A DNA stretch of 62,133 bases from the NCBI GenBank assembly GCA_963976765.1, contig CAXBME010000017.1, positions 124,001 to 186,133 of the forward strand, given 5' to 3'. Source of the DNA: an uncultured Planctomycetaceae bacterium (GTDB lineage: Bacteria > Planctomycetota > Planctomycetia > Planctomycetales > Planctomycetaceae). Under the pieces are notes generated by a model that worked only from the letters and a program-made list of their open reading frames with translations, had not been told where the DNA came from and made no database searches. Position 1 is the first letter of the stretch. Every line of letters begins with the position of its first letter. Made by a program: the position numbers and the translations under genes. Shown here piece after piece: positions 30,002 to 39,298 of the stretch.

Positions 30002-30283
30002 ATGTCAGACAAGAAGTTGGCCGAAGCTGCGGAAAAAGTGGCCGCAGAAGAAGCCGAAAAGGCAGCAGCACCGCAGCCTGAAAAACCAAAGCGAACGATC
30101 CACTGGGATGACGAGTTGATGACGACTCGACAGCTCATGGAATTCCTTAGCTTGTCGCGAACAAAGATCTGGGAACTCGTTAACAAAGAACAGCTTCCAG
30201 CATTCAAGATCGGCGGCGATTATCGCTACCGCCGGACAGAAGTCATCGAGTGGCTCGAAAAGTACCGCGTCAAACGCGGGTAG
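30002..30283 (+). CDS. Excisionase/BldC-like HTH_17 DNA-binding protein
   Basis: ELMTTRQLMEFLSLSRTKIWELVNKEQLPAFKIGGDYRYRRTEVIEWL; Ala/Glu/Lys-rich N-terminal tail. Confidence 0.88.
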   Translation: MSDKKLAEAAEKVAAEEAEKAAAPQPEKPKRTIHWDDELMTTRQLMEFLSLSRTKIWELVNKEQLPAFKIGGDYRYRRTEVIEWLEKYRVKRG

Positions 30284-30316
30284 TTTTCCACGCTCAGAGT
30301 TCTAAGGGCCCTGCTG

Positions 30317-30354
30317 AAAAGGCGACTCGGACCACTGGTTCGAGTCGCCTTTTT
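30317..30354. terminator. Bidirectional Rho-independent terminator
   Basis: AAAAGGCGACTCGGACC-ACT-GGTTCGAGTCGCCTTTTT between convergent genes. Confidence 0.85.
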
Positions 30355-30383
30355 GATTTCCAGCATGAGACTTCTCACCGGTT

Positions 30384-31919
30384 CTACGAAAGCACATCCT
30401 TGATGACATGTCCGTGGACGTCGGTCAGGCGTCGTTCGAGTCCGTTGTGGTAGAACGTCAGCCGTTCGTGGTCGAGCCCCAGCAGGTGCAGGATCGTCGC
30501 GTGGAAATCGTAGACGGTCGTCACGTTCTCTACGGCTTTGAAACCGAATTCGTCGGTCGCTCCGTAGCTGAATGGAGCTTTGACTCCGGCCCCGGCCAGC
30601 CACGCGGTAAAGCCAGACGGATTGTGGTCTCGCCCGCTGGCTCCCTTCTGGAAAGTCGGCATGCGGCCAAACTCGGTACACCAGACGACGAGCGTGTCTT
30701 TCAGCAGGCCTCGTTGTTTGAGATCCTTGAGCAGCGCGGCTGTCGGTTGATCCAGAACCTGTCCATGCTTTTTGTACTGAGGCTCCAGCGACTTATGCCC
30801 GTCCCAGTTGCTGACGCCTTCGCCGCCCGTCTGGTAAGCACCGTTGAAAAGCTGGACGAATCGCACACCCTTCTCAATCAGTCGCCGGGCCAACATGCAG
30901 TTCTTCGCGTAGGATGCCTTCAACGGATTCTCGACATCATCCGCCCCGTACATCTTCACCACGTGGTCAGGCTCGGAAGAGAGGTCGCTGACTTCCGGCA
31001 CGCTGAGCTGCATGCGTGCGGCGAGTTCGTAACTTGAAATTCTTGCTGCCAGTTCGGTGTCACCAGGGAAACGATCCAGGTGCGAACGATTCAGCCGTTG
31101 CAGAAAGTCGCGAGTCCGACGGTCGATATCGGCTGATACTCCGACTGGGCGATCGAGATTTCTGATTGGCTTCGAAGCGTTGAAGTCCGTTCCCTGAAAT
31201 GCGGCAGGCAGGAACCCCGGCCCCCAGTTGTTGACACTCGATTGTGGCGTCCCACGAGGGTCAGGAATTGCGACGTATGCTGGCAGTTCTTCGCTCTCGC
31301 TGCCGAGTGCCCATGTCAGCCAGGCGCCCATGCTGGGAAACCCGTCGAGCGTCGCACCGGTTGACATGAAATTCTCGCCGGGACCGTGCGTGTTCGTCTT
31401 GCTTGTCAGTGAGTGAAAGAAGCACATGTCGTCTGCAAGGCCGCCCAGGCCTGGCACCAGATCAGAAACCATTTTTCCGCTCTCACCGCACGGTCGGAAC
31501 TTCCACGGACTCCTGGTCAGGTTGCCCTGCTCACCCTGAAACGTGATCAGCCCATCGGCACCAGGCATCGGCTGCCCGTGTCGAGCGATCAACTCAGGCT
31601 TGTAATCAAAAGTGTCGAGGTGACTGCAGGCTCCAGCACAGAAGATCACAACGACGTTCTTTGCTCGCGGAGTGAAATGCGGATCCCGTGCGGCAAATGG
31701 ACGAGAAGGATTGATCTTCGGGCGGATTGGAGATTTCCCGCTGACCGTCTCTTGCAGATCCTGAGACGACGACTCCGCCCCAAAAGCCTGACGGCTATGC
31801 CGGCCGTCACCTGCCAGAAGACTTGCCAGCGCAATACCGCTGAGCCCTCGCGACATGTCGTTCATGAAACCGCGACGGGTGACGGATGCAGATTCTTCTC
31901 GATCAGATCGTGTGTTCAT
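30384..31919 (-). CDS. DUF1501 family (sulfatase-like) Tat-exported protein
   Basis: TRRGFM Tat motif, [41 protein letters not shown] and [12 protein letters not shown]...RRLTDVHG. Confidence 0.92.
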   Translation of the reverse strand: MNTRSDREESASVTRRGFMNDMSRGLSGIALASLLAGDGRHSRQAFGAESSSQDLQETVSGKSPIRPKINPSRPFAARDPHFTPRAKNVVVIFCAGACSHLDTFDYKPELIARHGQPMPGADGLITFQGEQGNLTRSPWKFRPCGESGKMVSDLVPGLGGLADDMCFFHSLTSKTNTHGPGENFMSTGATLDGFPSMGAWLTWALGSESEELPAYVAIPDPRGTPQSSVNNWGPGFLPAAFQGTDFNASKPIRNLDRPVGVSADIDRRTRDFLQRLNRSHLDRFPGDTELAARISSYELAARMQLSVPEVSDLSSEPDHVVKMYGADDVENPLKASYAKNCMLARRLIEKGVRFVQLFNGAYQTGGEGVSNWDGHKSLEPQYKKHGQVLDQPTAALLKDLKQRGLLKDTLVVWCTEFGRMPTFQKGASGRDHNPSGFTAWLAGAGVKAPFSYGATDEFGFKAVENVTTVYDFHATILHLLGLDHERLTFYHNGLERRLTDVHGHVIKDVLS

Positions 31920-32481
31920 GGAACCGGCTTTCTGCGCGTACTGAGTAGCGATCTCTGAAATCGGCATTCTGTTTTGTGTTCCGCTTGCACTTCAGGAAGA
32001 GCGGTGAATCTACCAAAAGCCAGGCACGGCGAGGATGCCTGGCCAGTTTTCGATTTCCTCCAGTGTTGATCGGCGCTTCATCAGTTCTTCACAGCCAGCC
32101 ATCAGAGTCAGACCTGTCATCGCGAGAGCCGAATGAAGCTGGCCGCAAAGCAAGTCCAATTCAATGGCAACCCATGACAGGGTGGCAACTCAATGTTGCG
32201 AGTTCACACGGAGTTAACAGTCGACACATTTCATCCTGGTTTTTTGGAAATAGTTTCCCGCTCAATCGAGATCATCAAACCGCTCGACTTCGGAATACCA
32301 ACGAAGCAGCGGCAAGGTTGGTTGTCGGATACGACAGGAAAGGAGGTGCGTCTATCTAAGCGTCAAAGCCTGCTCACTCAAAAGTACGCTCACTTCGCTG
32401 ACCAGACATCACTTCTGAATCGTTGAAGACATTTACGAAAAAGATTCTGTTTTACAAACACGTATTGAAGGACTCAGAGGA

Positions 32482-33792
32482 ATGAAAAAGTTTAGTATGA
32501 AACGCGAAGCCCGTCGTGGCTTCACCCTGATCGAGCTGCTCGTCGTGATTGCAATCATCGCGATCCTGGCGGCTCTGCTGCTGCCTGCTGTGCAGTCTGC
32601 TCGTGAGGCCGCTCGTCGGACTCAGTGCAAGAGCAACCTGAAGCAGATCGGCATTGCGCTTAATGTGCACGCCGATAAAGACTCCGCCGGTCGTTTCTGC
32701 ACCGGTGCAATGGACCTTAACCGGGATGGTTCGCCTGACCGCTACGGCTGGGTTGCCGACATGATCTCGTTGAACGCCGGCCTTCCAAACGATCTGCGTT
32801 GCCCGACAAATGAGCTGCGTGGAACCGAAAAGCTGAACGACTTTATCGGACTGACCGCGACATCTGGTAGCGGCAGCATGCCGAGCGAGCGAGCAGGAAT
32901 CTATGGCAAGTGGTTCAGCCAGATTTGGCCTCAGGGGACCCCGATCAGCGGCACTCCATTGGTAACCGGTGCTGCCCGTGCAGCGGTTATCGCGGATATG
33001 GTCAAGAATGGCTACAACACAAACTACGCAGCCAGTTGGTTCATGGTTCGTGGCCAGGCAAGAATGCAGGCAACGACCAGCACATCTGCTGGTGCATTCA
33101 TTGATGCCAGCTCCGGTTTCAAAGAATACCAGGACACGCTTGGCCCTCTGACAATTCGCCAGATGACAGGTGGAGACATCCCGTCCAACAATATCCCGAT
33201 GATGGGCGACGCTGCACCCGGCGATGCTGATGAAGCGTTTCTGACTGATACACTGATTGGAACCGACCTGGTCGCTGGCGCCCGCCTCGGCGAAGCGTTC
33301 AACGATGGTCCTGCTTACTGGGATACCGCAAACGAAGCCGTCGTTCTGGTAAAAGGAAGTCGAACCAGCCTCGGTAACAGTGGTGATGGCCTGCCAGTGG
33401 GATCAGTCCTGATCGATACAGAAGGCGGTAAGGTCTGGCCGGACACTGGTGATGTCGAAACTTCGGCAAACTCCATTGCACGGACCAAAGAGGTATCTGG
33501 GTTGAGCGGTGCCGGAAGCATGGTTCTGCAGGACACTCGCGACTGGGCTGCCGTTCACGCCGGTCAGTTGAACCTGCTCATGGCTGACGGAAGCGTCAAG
33601 TCAATCACAGACCTGAATGGTGACGGGTTCCTCAATCCAGGCTTCCCTGTTGTCGGTGCAACAAAAACCCCGGCAGAATTGGCTGAGACTGTTGGCTACA
33701 CCGACGCAACGGTTGAAATGTCAGCCTTCCAGGTCTTCAACGGGATTATGTTGAACGGCGATTCTGCAACCAAAGGTGCTTTCGAAGATTAG
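32482..33792 (+). CDS. DUF1559 type IV prepilin-like protein with H-X9-DG motif
   Basis: [46 protein letters not shown]-terminal [12 protein letters not shown]. Confidence 0.93.
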   Translation: MKKFSMKREARRGFTLIELLVVIAIIAILAALLLPAVQSAREAARRTQCKSNLKQIGIALNVHADKDSAGRFCTGAMDLNRDGSPDRYGWVADMISLNAGLPNDLRCPTNELRGTEKLNDFIGLTATSGSGSMPSERAGIYGKWFSQIWPQGTPISGTPLVTGAARAAVIADMVKNGYNTNYAASWFMVRGQARMQATTSTSAGAFIDASSGFKEYQDTLGPLTIRQMTGGDIPSNNIPMMGDAAPGDADEAFLTDTLIGTDLVAGARLGEAFNDGPAYWDTANEAVVLVKGSRTSLGNSGDGLPVGSVLIDTEGGKVWPDTGDVETSANSIARTKEVSGLSGAGSMVLQDTRDWAAVHAGQLNLLMADGSVKSITDLNGDGFLNPGFPVVGATKTPAELAETVGYTDATVEMSAFQVFNGIMLNGDSATKGAFED

Positions 33793-33843
33793 TTGACGAG
33801 AGACTGGCAATTGTATTGCCGACTCTTCGTCGCATGAATTCAG

Positions 33844-33878
33844 TCCGGGCCACCCGTTTTGGGTGGCTCGGATTTTTT
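33844..33878 (+). terminator. Rho-independent terminator
   Basis: TCCGGGCCACCC-GTTTT-GGGTGGCTCGGA-TTTTTT. Confidence 0.82.
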
Positions 33879-34088
33879 GTGAAGACGCTGTTTCAGATCT
33901 CGACCGAAGCCATGCTGACTCGTGCAGCACGAGGTCTGCAGCACAAGATTTACAACGCAGTCGATTTTCAATTCACGCATCCGCTTAATCGAAGATTAAC
34001 GGCTTCAGCGTATTAAGGGTCCGACAGCTGATTTTGCAGCCTGAGTCAGCAGTAACCAAACAGAGGCAAGCCTCACGGACTCATTAAG

Positions 34089-37000
34089 ATGTCAGACGAA
34101 CGGACGTGTCAGAACTGCGGGACGTCGCTGAAGCCTGCCATGCTGAAGTGCATGGACTGCGGCACACGAGTCTATGCACAACCGGCAGGCATCACCGAGA
34201 CCTCGGTGAGTGCGGTCGGAGCGGCCAGGCAGAATGTTCGACTCGCCGGCGCTTCAACCACGACACGGAATCGACCTCGCATCGTTGGACGACCGTTTGC
34301 GACCAGCGCCCAGTTAACGCACTCACCCTCGCAACACGTTCAACCAACGGTCAATTGTACTGGCAATGTTGACTCGGCACCGGTCAGGCAATCGTCACCA
34401 GCGAAGTCCATAAGTCACGCAGACACAGTTGTGGGTGAGGGCTTGACTGCTGTTGATGAACCGTCTGTGAAAAACCTGCCGTCCGATTCCCGGATCTGCG
34501 AGTGCCCTTGCGGTGCTCGATTTCGATTCCCACCGCACATGACCGGGATGCGACGTCGATGTCGAAGATGTCGACAGCCGCTTGTACTGCCGGGAATCGA
34601 AGAAACATCAAGTGTCTCGAAAGCGATGCTTGCCACCGACGCAGACGATCTTCTGAAAGGAGCCGTGAGTCGAGCTGTCACTCGACTGGCTGCCATTGTT
34701 GGCGAACATGGCGGTGAAACTGGAAAGCGAGTTTCCGGTAAACAGTGGAAGGAGTTCGCATCGATACTGGAAGGGAATGTTGATTCCTCAAATCGGTCGG
34801 CAATCGATCAACGTCGTCTCGCGATTCTGAAACTTGGCCGTTCGCGAGATGCACGGGCGTTTGAATTGATCGAAAGGTTCGTTGACGATCCATCGAAGAT
34901 TATCCGTCAGGCACTGGCAGTGGCGCTTGGCGAACTGGGGGACCGTCGAGGAAATCGATTGGGTTTGCAGTTGCTTTGTGACGTGGAAAAAGACGTCGTT
35001 CGAGAAGCGATCAGGTCGTTGAAAGTTCTGGCGAATCCGATTGTGATTCCACCGCTCATGTTTGTTGGCTTGAGCGATCCGTCGCTACACGCACAAGCAC
35101 TGGAAACAGTCGTCGAAATTGGCGATTCAGGACTGTCCGAGCTTCTGGATATTGTTGAGTGTCGCAACCCGTTGACGGCGGTCGCTGCTGTGACGGCTCT
35201 TGGCCGAATCGGAGACAAGCGGGCTGTGCCGTCGCTACTCATGATGCTGGATCATGCCGATGCTGCCCTGCGTTCAACGATTGCCGAGGCACTTGGCCGC
35301 ATCGGAGATCGCTCGGCGCTGGCAAGAATCGTTGAGCTGCTGTCAGATTCAAGTGAAGTTGTGCAGCGCAACGCAGTGCTGGCGGTGCAGAAACTTCCAG
35401 ATCGACGCGCAGCCAAACCGCTCCTGACTATTATTGAATGTACGCAGAACGCTGAACTTCGTCGGCAATCTGTCGTGGCTCTCGCCGCAACGGGTAGCAG
35501 GAAAGCCGTTCCGACACTGACGGGACTTTTGGCTAACGCCAATACTGAACTTAAAAGAGCGATTGCCGAAGCATTCAACCGAATCGACTCGCCTGAAGCC
35601 GCTGAATCGCTGGCGACAATGCTTGATTGCGATGACCTGACTGTGGTGACCAGGGCTCTCCAGGGGCTTCGCAAACACGCCGTTGAATCGGCGACTCCGA
35701 CTTTGCTCCAACTTTGTAAACATTCCAATTCGGGAATTCGGCGTCATGCTGTCGAAGCTCTGGCCGAAACCAGACAAGAGGCTGTCTTCGATGTTTTGCA
35801 ACAGCAGCTCGTGAGCGATTCATCAGTCGAGGTCCGAACTGCCGCAGCCAGATCATGTGGAAAAGTAAATGACAAGCGATTTGTGTGTGTGCTCGAACAG
35901 GCACTTCGAGATGAGCCCTCGGTGCGAAGTGCCGCACTGGTTTCTCTGACGATGATTGGGGACAGATCATCGATTCCCGCCATGCTTGCTTCACTCCGGG
36001 ACAGCGTACCGGAAGTCCGTTATCACGCGGTTACCGGGTTGGGAAAGCTGAAAGCTGACAAGGCGACTTGTGCCATCAAAGTCCTGCTGGAAGACGAAAA
36101 TGACATGGTTCGAGTTGGGGCAACGTCTGCGTTGAAGAATCTTGGCATTCAGAACGCAAGCATCCCCTTGTCGCGACGATTTCTGAAACGAGCATCTGTG
36201 CTGATTCCGGATCGTGTCGCGGGCTTGCTTCCAGCGGGGCCGGTTCTGGCTGGAGCCGCAATGATTGCCGCGATCTGTGGACTGGGCTGGCTCTTCATTT
36301 CCGGTTCAGGAAGTAGTGTCGACAACTCGATCATCCTTGCCAGAGCAAAGCCGGTGCTGCAAACGCACTGGTTGCCAGGAACCAGCGATCTGATTCTGCT
36401 TCGAAACGGCGGCCGGTCTGATATCTGGGATGGGGCCACCGGCAATTTCAAGAGCAAGGTGGAAGTTCCGACGCTGGCTGAGTCTGCTTCCGCCTTTGGA
36501 ATGATGTCGAAGACCGGCGACACGATGGTTGCATGGGCTCCGAACGGGTATCAGCCTGATTCCAGAATACTTAAGCCACCGCCAACTGAACGATTCGGAT
36601 TGTCGGGCGACGGGAATGTTGCGGTTTACCTCGGTAAGAATCGAAGAGTCTGCATTTGGGACACTCGTGAAGGGACGGACGTCGCCGGTCTGAGCATCGA
36701 GCCTGTTCCACTTCCCGTTCTGAACTCGGACGGGAGCGTTGTGGCCGGCGAAGACAAAGCGGGAAACATTGTTCTGATCGATGTCGCGACCAAAACAACA
36801 ATTGGTGATGTCGGCGCTGCAGGAAACACGAGGATGTCGGAGAACGGAGCCTTCAAAAAGATGATCTTCAGTTCCACCGGAAATACTCTGGCCGTATTGC
36901 GAACCGATCGGGTCGTATTGTGCACGCTGGATGGTGGCCAGCTTTCGATTTCAGAAATCAATGAGTTCGTCGATCCGACAGTGGCGAAGTTTCCCAACGA

Positions 37001-37232
37001 GTCCGTGATTTATTCGACGTGGGAGTCATCAATTGTCCGGTTGGATCTGACGACCCAGAAGTCAAAGAAGTGGTCAGTCAGCAACGCGGTGATCACAATT
37101 AACAGCTTTTCGATCTCGGACGATGAATCACTGGCTGCCGTTTCCGCCGAAGGAAAGAAGTTCGGCTGGGTCGTCAATTTGACGGACGGGAGCACGCAGG
37201 AACTGAGTCCACTTGCCTGGCCTGCTGAGTAG
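34089..37232 (+). CDS. Zn-ribbon / HEAT (PBS-lyase-like) repeats / TM / beta-propeller-like protein
   Basis: CQNC..CMDC and CPCG..CRRC; many ALGRIGD..AV..L repeats; TM VLAGAAMIAAICGLGWLFI; WD-like IWD strands. Confidence 0.82.
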   Translation: MSDERTCQNCGTSLKPAMLKCMDCGTRVYAQPAGITETSVSAVGAARQNVRLAGASTTTRNRPRIVGRPFATSAQLTHSPSQHVQPTVNCTGNVDSAPVRQSSPAKSISHADTVVGEGLTAVDEPSVKNLPSDSRICECPCGARFRFPPHMTGMRRRCRRCRQPLVLPGIEETSSVSKAMLATDADDLLKGAVSRAVTRLAAIVGEHGGETGKRVSGKQWKEFASILEGNVDSSNRSAIDQRRLAILKLGRSRDARAFELIERFVDDPSKIIRQALAVALGELGDRRGNRLGLQLLCDVEKDVVREAIRSLKVLANPIVIPPLMFVGLSDPSLHAQALETVVEIGDSGLSELLDIVECRNPLTAVAAVTALGRIGDKRAVPSLLMMLDHADAALRSTIAEALGRIGDRSALARIVELLSDSSEVVQRNAVLAVQKLPDRRAAKPLLTIIECTQNAELRRQSVVALAATGSRKAVPTLTGLLANANTELKRAIAEAFNRIDSPEAAESLATMLDCDDLTVVTRALQGLRKHAVESATPTLLQLCKHSNSGIRRHAVEALAETRQEAVFDVLQQQLVSDSSVEVRTAAARSCGKVNDKRFVCVLEQALRDEPSVRSAALVSLTMIGDRSSIPAMLASLRDSVPEVRYHAVTGLGKLKADKATCAIKVLLEDENDMVRVGATSALKNLGIQNASIPLSRRFLKRASVLIPDRVAGLLPAGPVLAGAAMIAAICGLGWLFISGSGSSVDNSIILARAKPVLQTHWLPGTSDLILLRNGGRSDIWDGATGNFKSKVEVPTLAESASAFGMMSKTGDTMVAWAPNGYQPDSRILKPPPTERFGLSGDGNVAVYLGKNRRVCIWDTREGTDVAGLSIEPVPLPVLNSDGSVVAGEDKAGNIVLIDVATKTTIGDVGAAGNTRMSENGAFKKMIFSSTGNTLAVLRTDRVVLCTLDGGQLSISEINEFVDPTVAKFPNESVIYSTWESSIVRLDLTTQKSKKWSVSNAVITINSFSISDDESLAAVSAEGKKFGWVVNLTDGSTQELSPLAWPAE

Positions 37233-37377
37233 TTCCTTGCCAGACAGCCGGCTTTAACGTTCAGCAAATTTAAAAAGAAACGGCAGCACAACCGGCGAAT
37301 TTGTTTTCGCCTGACTGTGCTGCCGTGTTCATGTGTCGTGCTTGTCACGACCGGTACAGCTTGAGCAAACCGCAGCT

Positions 37378-38886
37378 CTAGACGTCGGCTGCTTTCGGGC
37401 AGACATACTCGCCTCGGTATTCGCGACTGCACAGAGCCGTTGCCTCCTTTGACTCGGGGAAGATCTCTTTTTCCGGGTCAAACTTCAGCAGTGGTCCAAG
37501 CGACATTGGATACTTCGCCAGATCGTGATTGTTGTCCTTCAGGTGCTGGACAGTTCGATCGAAGGTCTTGCCGTTGTCGTCGAGGCTGCGGATTCCCAGG
37601 ACGGCCTCGCGAGCTTCACTGACAGGGACTTTGTTGCCTTCTCCCAGGTAGTAGGAGATGTTGCCGAGATGGCTCATTCCTGCTGACAGGTGACCTTCCC
37701 GGACGTCGGCATTCAGGTCAGAAACTTCCCGGCTCTTGACCGCGTCGATGAAGTTTCCAAAGTGGTCGCCGCCGCCGTTGAACTCCTTGATCACCTTGAA
37801 GTCTTTGTCGTAGGCGATGCAGTTCGAATAGGTTCTTTGCACGAGGTAACCATCGCTGCCGTAAAACACGACGCCGATCTTGTTACCCTTGTTCGATCCG
37901 AACAGTCGGTTCAGTTCTTCGTCGGCCGAGTTATCAACGCTCAGTCCGCGAGTTTCAAAGACAATCGACTTGTCACCGTAGTCGTAGATGGTGACTTCCG
38001 TGTTAGCGGTGTCGCCAGCGTCAACATAGCCGGGATCCTTCCGCTCTGCCTGATAACCCAGACGTCCGCCATAGCTCATAATGGTCATCGGGTGAGCGTC
38101 GATGCCCAGTCCCCAGCGAGCGATGTCGGTCTGATGTGGCCCCTGGTTGCCAAGATCGCCATTTCCGTAGGCACGCTGCCAGTGCCAGTCATAGTGAAAC
38201 CTGCCACGGGTGAGTTTCGGATCGGTGTACTGCGCCGGGCCGCTCCACAGATCGAAGTCGACTTCCGACGGGATCGGGTAATCACCGAGCGCTCCAATTG
38301 ACTTTCGGCGTTTGTAGCACAGGCCGCGAGCGAACTTGACGTCGCCGATTCCGCCGCCGTTCAGGAAGGCGAAGGCGTCGTGCAGTGCCTTGCTCGACCG
38401 GCTTTGCGTTCCGACCTGGCAGATTCGTTCGTACTTGCGAGCGGCGGCGATCAATGCCGAGCCTTCTGCGATATTGTGGCAGACGGGCTTTTCGATGTAC
38501 GCGTCCTTGCCAGCCTGCATGGCCCACACGCCACACAGAGCGTGCCAGTGATTTGGCGTTGCCGTGCTGATTGCATCGACAGATTTGTCAGCGAAGGCTT
38601 CCCGCATATCCCGATAGACGTTCGGGCGAGTTCCCTGTTTGTCTTCGATCTGCTTCGCTCGTTGCGCCGATATCTTCTCATCGACTTCAACGATCGCCGT
38701 AATGTGAGTCCGAGGGTCGCTCAGCCATCCGCCGATGTGACTTCCACCGCGACCGCCACACCCGACGACAGCCATCCCGATCTTGTCGTTGGCACCCTGG
38801 GCACGCAGGATCCCCGGTGCAGCAGCGAAGGCTCCGGCAGTCAGGAGTGAGTGGCCAACAAAACTTCGACGTGTGAGTTTACTCAT
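37378..38886 (-). CDS. Tat-exported Gfo/Idh/MocA oxidoreductase
   Basis: TRRSFV, VVGCGGRG, ATPNHWH, YIEKP, QVGTQSRS and GDLGNQGPH. Confidence 0.93.
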   Translation of the reverse strand: MSKLTRRSFVGHSLLTAGAFAAAPGILRAQGANDKIGMAVVGCGGRGGSHIGGWLSDPRTHITAIVEVDEKISAQRAKQIEDKQGTRPNVYRDMREAFADKSVDAISTATPNHWHALCGVWAMQAGKDAYIEKPVCHNIAEGSALIAAARKYERICQVGTQSRSSKALHDAFAFLNGGGIGDVKFARGLCYKRRKSIGALGDYPIPSEVDFDLWSGPAQYTDPKLTRGRFHYDWHWQRAYGNGDLGNQGPHQTDIARWGLGIDAHPMTIMSYGGRLGYQAERKDPGYVDAGDTANTEVTIYDYGDKSIVFETRGLSVDNSADEELNRLFGSNKGNKIGVVFYGSDGYLVQRTYSNCIAYDKDFKVIKEFNGGGDHFGNFIDAVKSREVSDLNADVREGHLSAGMSHLGNISYYLGEGNKVPVSEAREAVLGIRSLDDNGKTFDRTVQHLKDNNHDLAKYPMSLGPLLKFDPEKEIFPESKEATALCSREYRGEYVCPKAADV

Positions 38887-39150
38887 GAGAAGGTGTTCCT
38901 TTAATTAGCGATAGCCCAAGTGGCGAATACCCGGTCTGCACGTTGCACCAGGCGGCAGGCTCGCCCGAGGTGGGAAACAGAACAAGAAGGTGTACGCGGT
39001 AAGCCGCTTCCGATTCAACTGAACCGCCCAGGTGGAGTGCGCTTGACGCAATCGTGCAGGTTAGGCTGTGCCATGTCCATCCAGAACGACACGGGCATGA
39101 GCACACTGTGAATTTTCAGCCTCGGCGCGTCTGACCAGACAAAAAAATCC

Positions 39151-39226
39151 GGAATGCTAATCTTCGCGAATCAGCACTGACGCTGATTGCTTACCGCTAG
39201 CGACGATCAGCTTCAATTAGTGTTCC
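39151..39226. repeat. Degenerate copy of the 9-nt-periodic hairpin element seen at 28245
   Basis: GGAATGCTAATCTTCGCGAATCAGCACTGA ... CTAGCGACGATCAGCTTCAATTAGTGTTCC. Confidence 0.7.
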
Positions 39227-39298
39227 TCATTCTGCCTGTAGTTCATCCAGGACTCGATGCTGCACACTGAGGCTCTGACCAGAAGATTGCACTTTCCC

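Noticed and set aside
31970..32480. sigma54 promoter upstream of the DUF1559 gene
   Set aside because: TGGCA...TTGC candidates have the wrong GG-to-GC spacing (12 rather than 10).
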